Assembly (NCBI RefSeq): GCF_037042905.1
Contig: NC_087252.1
Span: 10,108,001-10,172,000 of the forward strand
DNA: 64,000 nt
Source of the DNA: Lytechinus pictus
Lineage: Eukaryota
Reading direction: 5' to 3'
Every line of letters starts with the position of its first letter. Within the stretch, counting starts at the first letter, position 1. The notes under the pieces were generated by a model. The model saw nothing but the letters and a program-made list of their open reading frames with translations, made no database searches and was not told the DNA's origin. Shown one piece after another: positions 1 through 64,000 of the stretch. The position numbers and the translations under genes are program-made.

Positions 1-2680
1 TGAAACCAAAAATTGGGCACTACCCACTTAAACAAAGGGTATGAAAATAAGGCTGGGCAGGATTTAGCCCTCCAATTTCTGTCTGTTTTTGAGAGGCAAA
101 TCCTTTGAAACTTTCAAAGTTAAGAGTGATGTGATAAATTAATTATAAATCGTGACCAGTTTTGGTTGTTTAAGCAAATTGCAAAAATTATTAAATTGAA
201 CTTTAATGCATGAACACCAATTGCACTTTTTTGGGCAGCATTTTCACTTTATCATGTGGATCTCAGCAATGTATTCTGCGGAGTCGGGAGAGTAGGGGGT
301 GAAATAGGACTTAGGTGGGAAAAGTAGGTTGATGGAATAAGGGTCAACAGAGCATGTAGCCCCCCCCCCCCCCTCCCCCACTTCCCTCTCTCCCGCCCTC
401 CCCGTCCTGTTGAGAGACTGATTGATATTATATGTACGCATGAACAGTGGCGTACCGTGGGTCACGGCATTGGGGGGGCACCAGCAAAAATTTTGAGTCA
501 CTAAGTGAGCGCGCGAAGCGCGCCCAGTTGCCAGGTATACCTAATAGAGACATTTTAAGGACAGTGGCATTAAACGGATATGTCTCTCACTGGTCAAATA
601 ATGCGAGCGCGAAGCGCGAGCTTAAAATATTTAAAATTTTTGATATTTAGACCTAAAAAGGGACATTATAATCAATCTTTTGTAATGATGATATGTACCT
701 GTCTCGCTAAATAATGCGAGCGCGGAGCGCGAGCTGAAATTTTTGTAAATATTGACCCCCAAACAGGAAGATTTTAAGGACTATATTTTAGGAATCCATT
801 AAGTGTATACACATCTCACCATAGTCATCTTATGCGAGTGCCAATAAGCGCTTGCTGATTTTGTTAGAATTACATCTTAACCTGCACATAAAGCACTTGT
901 AATCATTATTAACATATTCAAATCTTGCGAGCGCGAAGCGCGAGCTGAAAATTTAGGAAATTCAGACCTGAAGAGGGGCATTTTAAGGCTTGTTTGTAGA
1001 AATTCACGAAGACCATACGTAGTTCACTAACCAAATGATGCGAGCGCGAAGCGCGAGCTGAAAATTTTTGATATTCAGATTAGAAAGAGGGACATTTAAG
1101 GACTGATTCTAGGAATTCATGGAGAGCAGACATATTTCACCAATCCACTACTGCGAACGTAAGCACGGAAAGGAAATGTTTTATTTCAAGACCTTAAAAT
1201 GGGGCAATCACTTTAAGTAGTCATGAAAAAGAAGCATAGGGCCTACTATTGTACATAAAACAATAACTCGAAGTGCGAGGAAATATATTTTGCAGTTTGG
1301 TGTATATTGACTTGAAAACGGGAGGTTTTAGTATAACAGGATTATATATCTCGGTAAACAGACAATGCGAGCACCAGGAACAATGAAGACATACATGTGT
1401 AGGCCCTGAGCGAATTATGTTTCATAAAGTTATGAAAAAAATGTTTCTTATGTAAATAACATAACATAATTATGATGAACAATTATAATGAACAATAATG
1501 TCTTCTTTCCCACTTCGTTTCTCTTCCTTACTCCCTCTTTTTCTCCTTTTCCCCGTGTTTTTTTTTTTTTTGGTCAGCCGATTGGGGGGGGGGCACGTGC
1601 CCCCCCCCCCATGCCCCCCCCCCCCCCCCGTAGTTACGCCACTGCGCATGAAGTCTAGAGCAGAATGTTGATTTAACGATACATTCTGAAAAGTCGGGCA
1701 TCAGCTTTTACCTGTCAATAATTTAATTAATAAATCAACTCAATCAATGTGCAGTGTGATCAAACATTCATTTTTTTCAACAAATAATTATTTCATGAAT
1801 GATAACAATCAGTCAATTTCTTGGTAATCATTCAGTGAAGAACAAAAATTACTATCAGTCACCGGTCACTAGGCAGTTAAGTTTTGAATAGGCTACCATC
1901 AAGGAAGTGAGACAGAGAGAGAGAGGGAGCCGGGGAAATGGAGGTGTACATTTAACTTATAATTTGTAAAAGGGCACAAAGAAGAGGAATGCTCTTTTAA
2001 CCAAGTCTTACCATATCTCGCCCTCGGCTTGCTTGTAACAGGTACCATTACATTACTACGACTCTGTCGAACACACTGCTGATGTCCTCAAGATAAACTT
2101 AAAATGCTGCACTAACGTTACAATTCCTGTTCACTCATGCATTAAATTTCAATTTAGTAACTTAAGAAATTTAATTGCCTAAGAAACCAAAACCTATCAC
2201 ACTCATTAATTTAGCATAACACACTGCAAGTTCCAAAGGACTAACCTCTCAAAAACTAAAAGGTTGATTCCTGCCCAGCCTAGCCAAGCTTAGTTTCTCA
2301 GTAGGAGGGAAGGGGGAGTGGTAGAGATGGAGGGAGGGTTGGCTGAATGTACTGTTGACCGTTATCCAATCAACCTACTTCACCTGTTTAAGTCATACCC
2401 CCCCCTCCATTCTCCTGACTCTCATGAACACATTTAATTACTGAGATCCACATTATTCAGTCAATATGCTGCACTAAAAATTGCAATTCATGATCACTCA
2501 TGCGTTATATTTCAATTTAATAACTCATGAAATTTTATCAAACAACAAACTGATCAATTCATCATGAAAGCCTAATCTTTGAAAGTAAAAAAAAAAAAAA
2601 AAAAGAAGGCTAATTCCTGCCCAGTCTCATTTTCATACCCCTGGTTTGACATGCTTGAGTGGGCAGTGTTCACTCAAGCA
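1..2680. repeat. Old inverted-repeat element, extends left of the window; host of the 445-1644 insertion
   Basis: 1-110 is reverse-complement similar to 2608-2675 and 2238-2280 (ggctgggcagga / tcctgcccag). Confidence 0.4.
445..1644 (+). mobile_element. Non-autonomous hAT-type DNA transposon
   Basis: TIR cagtggcgta/tacgccactg; perfect 8-bp TSD cgcatgaa (437-444, 1645-1652); internal ~110-bp subrepeats with gcgagcgcgaagcgcgag. Confidence 0.88.
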
Positions 2681-3279
2681 TGAATGGATTTCCAACTTTT
2701 CGGGTGTCATTTGAAAGTTGACTTTATTGGCTTTCAATATGTATAAGTTTTTTCCCCAAAGTGATTTTTTTATTTGGCAACCATTTCAAAAGTGTATTGT
2801 TTCTTGGGGGAAGCAATGTAGGTAACAAAACAATTCATAAACTGACATCCGCTGCGAGTTTTTATTATCTGTTTTTATACTACGGCAGACTTTTCTGTTT
2901 TCATGACATTTCAATTTAATCTAAAGCACTCAATCAACATGGGGTGAAGTAATTATTTTATCTGCAAAAAATAAGCAACTAATTACCATATGTATATATA
3001 TATATATATATATATAATTTTTTTTGGCTTAAAAAGGGGTTCTTGGGAATATCTGTGCACTCGCTCGAGGTTGTCTATGGGCAAAAGGAAAGCAATTGGT
3101 CAATACTATTTTCAAATATCAACGATAATTGTCTCGTGCAAATAATTACATCAGTGCCCTACCAAAACGCTAATTTCTGCATTATCTGTATTCTACTGTA
3201 TTAACTTCTGGTGATGACTAAAATAAAATATAATTTAGCCAATGGTTAAATTTGTAAGTCTGTCTATTTTACATTACAG

Positions 3280-58945
<55,666 letters not shown>

Positions 58946-59030
58946 TGACTTTTGAGGCACAACTCATCGCAACGGGAAAAAAATGCTTTTTAATCACTTT
59001 AATGGAAATGCGTATTCATGAAAACGCAAT

Positions 59031-59036
59031 AATAAA
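59031..59036 (+). terminator. Candidate polyadenylation signal
   Basis: AATAAA about 85 bp after the stop codon, followed by T/GT-rich sequence. Confidence 0.45.
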
Positions 59037-59869
59037 CCATTATTACTTGGTGATTTATTTTATAGGCGTACTTAATAATTATAGCTGACTTTTTCTATTC
59101 CTGTGGAAATTATGCACGGGAAATTTATAGGTCGACATATTGCTTTATTTGTGTGATGTTTAGGAAGGTATATTTTATGTACGGTTTACAAAAGGTATTT
59201 CATTATTGAACTGAGGGAAACGTATACAAAAATAATACTAGTATTGATAAGAATCATAATTATGATGACGACGATGATGATCATAATGACGGTAATAATG
59301 GTGGTGATGATGATGTTGTTGGTGGTGGTAATGATGATGATGATAATGTACTAATAATGATTAGAATGATGCTTCGCTGCAAAACATAATTATCTTCCGT
59401 ACCCCTTCATCACGTAGTTTTGGCAGTGCCCCATTTTGATGCTCTGTGTGTGTTTCTTTGTTACAGCCATCTTTACCATCATGTTCTTTATCGCCGGGCA
59501 AGCGGATATGGGGGCATGTGGATAGTCTCATATTACAGATCAATTCCCATCTGCTTATTAACATGATTATTGAGTCTCCAGTCCCTACCCAGCCCTCGAG
59601 GAACAGAAAGGAATACGATAATAATATAATAATGATAACAATGATAATAATACAAAAAATAGTTAGGCTCTTAACAATGATACAATATTTTGAGCAGGTG
59701 TTGTAATATTGGAACACTTGAATCTTAAATGAATATGTTACCAAGTTCGCTAATAAAGTACTTTCGCACGCAATATTTGTATTATCCTATATACAAGCAT
59801 TAGTATACAACACTCAAGAATGTTCTGTAATCTGATATGTCCAAATCGGATCACATGGTGTTCAGCGAA

Positions 59870-60005
59870 TTGCACTATGGCATCCAAAAGGCACTATCCT
59901 GCACTCTGACGTTCTACCAACATGACCAAATGTACTATCCTGCATTTTGACGTCATACCAAATGCACTATCCTGCACTCTGACGTCAGAATGCAGAATAG
60001 TGCGA
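59870..60005. repeat. Short tandem repeat of tgcactatcctgcactctgacgt
   Basis: Three to four degenerate copies and a terminal inverted copy. Confidence 0.55.
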
Positions 60006-61416
60006 GGTCTGGAATTATCTATAATTATCTAGAATTTAGATCAAATATAGCATTCAGGGCAACTCAGAAACATGCGGGAGGGGTTATATAAAATAAGCAA
60101 TCCACGCATTATTGTGCATAGAGGACCTAAATAATGAACTCTGTTCTCGACTCGCCAATTGGATATACCCCACTCGATCCTGCGGACCTCGTTGCGGTAT
60201 TTCCATTGGCTCTTTTTGCACATCGTTCATTATTTGGCCCTGCACGCACGCGCTTGCGCTTGCGTGCATTACCTGTATATTATCTGCTGATGTGTTGTCT
60301 CCATTATTAATATAAATTGTATTTTTAAGCCTTGCTATCTATAACTCATAATCAATGAGACAATGGAACCATACACAGAGCTTGTCAGTTCGATCTGCTC
60401 TTTAAAAAATAGAAGTTATTTCTATTTACTATTATATTAATAATAAAAAAAAATACACTGGAAGCTTCGGAGCGATAAGTTCAACAGTTTGTATATGAAA
60501 CTGTTCTTGTTAAGATAATATGTTCAAATTATAGTTTTCTTTCGACTAAATTGAACTTTGAAATTACGAAATTTTTATTTTTCTTTCGTTTTCGTATTTA
60601 GAACCAAATGTGACTTTCAGTACACAGAATAAACAATGCTTCAGAATGTTTCATCCCATACATAAGTAGTGAGCGGTCAGACTGGTGTATTTTCAACACA
60701 CAGGGGGTAATTCATTTTATAAAGTTATATCTTGAATGTATTTGTCGAATCCAACAATTCAAAGTTTATTTACTACGTTTTCTCTATGCCACATTGTAAC
60801 ATTTCGCGAAACTATATATGCGCTAACCTACTGATAAATTAAGGATAAACTTTTCACACCAATAAAGGTTGTGTTCTTGAGGAGACAATAATAAACTTCG
60901 TGACATGTTTCTTATATATGCAGTCTACATTCATTCTAAACAGTTTATGAAATGTAGTATGTAATTAAAGATGTTTTGCGGTCCTAATCAAGTTGCATTT
61001 GCACAGAGAGAAAATGTGGTTTGCGATAAAATATTTTTTTGTATCAAAGATTAGTGAATATGAATGTGAGAATATTTTGTAGTGAGTGCATGGTTTGGGT
61101 TTGTGAGTTGCGTGTGCGTCTTAGTGTGATTATGGGTGTTGTTTGACTGTTTTTGTAATTTCATAATAACTGAATTAATCATGTTTTAGCTTTTAAGTTT
61201 ATGTTTTTTTTATTTAATGAAATATGGAATTGCTAAAATTGACATGATAATTATGTGTCTGTGTTTGGATGAAATCATAATAAAACAGCTAAACGGGGAA
61301 ATATATTTGTGTTATGCATTTATTATATAGTGTGATTTTTCTTTAAATGAAGGATTTCAATTGTTTTGCTAACAGTGAGCCGTGGAGCCGATGTCATGTT
61401 TTGGTAGTGCAATTAA

Positions 61417-62587
61417 AGGTCATGTCCACCCCAGAAAAAATGTTGATTTGAATACAAAGATAAAATTAAAGGAAACCAAAACCCAAGAAGAGAAGCAATC
61501 TTATTGGAAAGAGTAAAATGAGAGTGTCAAGTGACAATTAAAAAAAAGTTTCATCAAAATCGGTTATGAAATAAGCAAGTTATGGAGTTTAAAAAGGTTT
61601 GTTGGACTTTCTATGGGAATCCTCAAATTGGCAAACGTGCTTCAAAATTTTGCGGACAACTCTCCATTTGTTTTGTACACGAATTTTCAGATTGTCCTCA
61701 TTATCTTTCAAATTGCATCTTGCCTCCTTCTGAGCACAGCATATGTCATGGGAAAATATAATTCACACCACATATGTCAAGGTCAGGAGATAATATGAAA
61801 TATGTATGAAAATATGAAAAATTGTGTACAAAACAAACGGAGAGTTGTCCACAAAATCAGCCATTTTGAAGCACGTTCGCGAGTTTGAGGATCCCATAGA
61901 AAGTACAACAAGACTTTTTAAACGTCCATAACTTGCTTATTTCATAACCGATTTTGATGATTTTTTATTGTTCCTCTCATTTTACTCTTTCCAATAAGAT
62001 TGCTTCTCTTCTTGGGATTTGGTTTCATTGAAACTAGTATAATGCTGAAAGTGTCATCAAAATCGGATGTAAACTAAAGAAAGTTATGGCATTTTAATGT
62101 TTCGCTTACTTTCACAAACAGTGATATGCCCAACTCAGTGACATGCAAATGAGTCAGTCGATGATGTCCATCACTCACGATTTTTTTTCTAATATACATG
62201 TATATTGTTTGAATTATATAATGTTTCATTTTTTACAGATTTGACATTCAGGACCAACTTGACTGAACCATATAGTATTTAACAATGCTAATTCCCAATG
62301 TTCAGGGTGGAATTGATAGTTGTTTCTCCTGACAATGAGGAGAAAATTAGAATATTTCATATAATAAAATACGAAAGAAATAGTGACAGGAATGACGTCA
62401 TCAGTCTCCTCTCTTGCATACAACCAGGATGTGCATATAACTGTTTTGTGAAATTAAGCGCGAAACTTTAAAATGTCATAACTTTCCTATTTTACATTCT
62501 GAGTTTGATGAAATTTTCAGTATTATGCTTGTTTAATTTTTTGCTCTTTTTATTCAAATTAACTTTTTGTTGGGTAGGATTTGTCCT
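61417..62587. mobile_element. Kolobok-like TTAA element containing a nested TTAA element (61470-62028)
   Basis: Outer: TTAA|agg..cct|TTAA with imperfect TIRs. Inner: long TIR aggaaaccaaa.cccaagaagagaagcaatcttattggaaagagtaaaatgagag, flanks TTAA/TGAA. Confidence 0.75.
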
Positions 62588-63249
62588 TTAAGGAAAAACA
62601 TAGGTACGTTTTCATTCAGCTATCGTTTCATCTTTCATCTACCTCTTCTCTCTTCTCAGAGTTTTCTCTTCTTTATTCCTCCCTCTACCCACCTTTTGTT
62701 GTAAAGGATATGACAAAATTGAAGATTTTGTTCAAGTTTACCAAATCTTTTCAGAATATCATTACGACTTCAAACATTCCATGTTATCATTCTTGAATAT
62801 TGTCTAAATTGCAGTCATATCTGTCAGAATTATTCCTGTCATCAAATCACCGTTATCTTTATCATAACCACTATCGTATAACTCCCTTTATTATTAATAT
62901 TTTCATTATCATCATCAGTCATGATTACAACACATTATAAATAAATAATGTTATTTTCATCACTGCTGTTTCCTTTCTTACATATGTGATGATGATTCTT
63001 GATAATGGTGATAATCATAATTTATGGCTCTAACTACTGCTTCTGCTGCTACTGCTGACTAGTAGTATTGACCATAATTGTCATGAAATATGTAGAACAA
63101 TAGAAACATTTGCAATTACTTATATAAAAACAAATGAAAGTACAAAATGCCTCGAAAATGCCTAAAAATTTCAAGGCTAAAAAAAATCGAGGCCAAGGCT
63201 TGAAAAAGTAGGCCTTAAAGCCAAGGTCGAGCATCAAGGCACTACAAAC

Positions 63250-63445
63250 TGTAAAAAAATGGTTCGGTGTAAAAATAGCAGAGATAAAAATGGCAGAGGT
63301 AGTAATATCAGACGAAAAAATGACAGAAGTAAAAAAGTCAGAGGTCAAAATCATGAAAATGGCAGTGGTAAAAATGGCAGAGGCAAAATGTCAGAGGTAT
63401 TAATGGCAGACGAAAACAATGGTAGAGGTAAAGATAGCAGCAGTC
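63250..63445 (+). repeat. Degenerate ~15-bp minisatellite (aaaaatggcagaggt)
   Basis: About 12 periodic copies. Confidence 0.65.
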
Positions 63446-64000
63446 TTAAACCTCCATGAAATAAAAATTATTAGAGCAGTCCACGCATATATAGATTTTA
63501 AGAAAGGTTGTTAGAAGAGAATTCAAATCATAATGTTAAACTAATGGAAAGAGTCATATTTAAAAAAAAATCATTAATATATCGTCTGCACCAAATTAAT
63601 AACCCTTGGGTTGGTATGTCTTTTTTTCCTGGACTACAGTAATGGCCTCCTTATGTTAAATCGCTCCACTTCATGTAATATATGTAAGAACACTGCATAT
63701 TGAAGAACAGTTCCCATCCAACATACTTAATTCATTAAACGAAAGTTCACCCTTACACAAAGTTTATTGTAAAAATGTAGCAGAAAAGTGCATTGTTGAA
63801 CGGTTGAGCAAAATCCATAGTTTTTTTTTACTTTCTCTGCTAGCTTGCTAAAAGAGTGTTTTCTTGGAATTCACAAGTTACATCCTTTTTGGTCACAGAC
63901 GATCACACACATTGGATCATGATCATAAGAACACCGTTGCATATGGAAAAGCGTTTGAGCTGTGACGTCATATACGAGCATTAACGCTTGAACCACCCCA

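Noticed and set aside
500..1170. Regularly spaced gcgagcgcgaagcgcgag repeats resembling a CRISPR array
   Set aside because: The spacers are homologous to each other, the array lies within TIRs and a TSD, the DNA is eukaryotic and no cas genes are present
59255..59365. (GAT/GGT)n tract, and a similar tract at 51620-51735, as a coding low-complexity region
   Set aside because: Degenerate microsatellite with stops and no splice context

Overview
This is AT-rich animal genomic DNA. Fibropellin-like EGF repeats and the repeat landscape suggest a sea urchin, which is an inference. Most of the window (3280-58945, + strand) is the 3' part of one multi-exon gene whose 5' end lies upstream. Splicing by hand gives a single-pass membrane protein: 9 Notch/fibropellin-type EGF exons of 114 bp each (all phase 1-1), an atypical EGF, a SEA domain with a GSIVV motif, EGF, sushi/CCP, a transmembrane helix, and a cytoplasmic tail made of phase-2 cassette exons (two with GC donors) carrying YMDL, RPLPCLP and NPIY motifs. 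Three dead EGF exons sit among the live ones. The introns are full of transposable elements: hAT-, Kolobok-, Tc1/mariner-, Harbinger- and Sola-like non-autonomous elements with visible TIRs and TSDs, L1-like and CR1/L2-like LINE relics, and tRNA-derived SINEs. Also present are a multi-layer nested insertion, a 4.15-kb tandem duplication carrying an apparently spliced antisense non-coding unit, and a Helentron/HINE-type array (2 heads, 3 bodies) in which each body carries a tRNA-Arg-derived Pol III cassette. All coordinates were read by eye; no searches were run.
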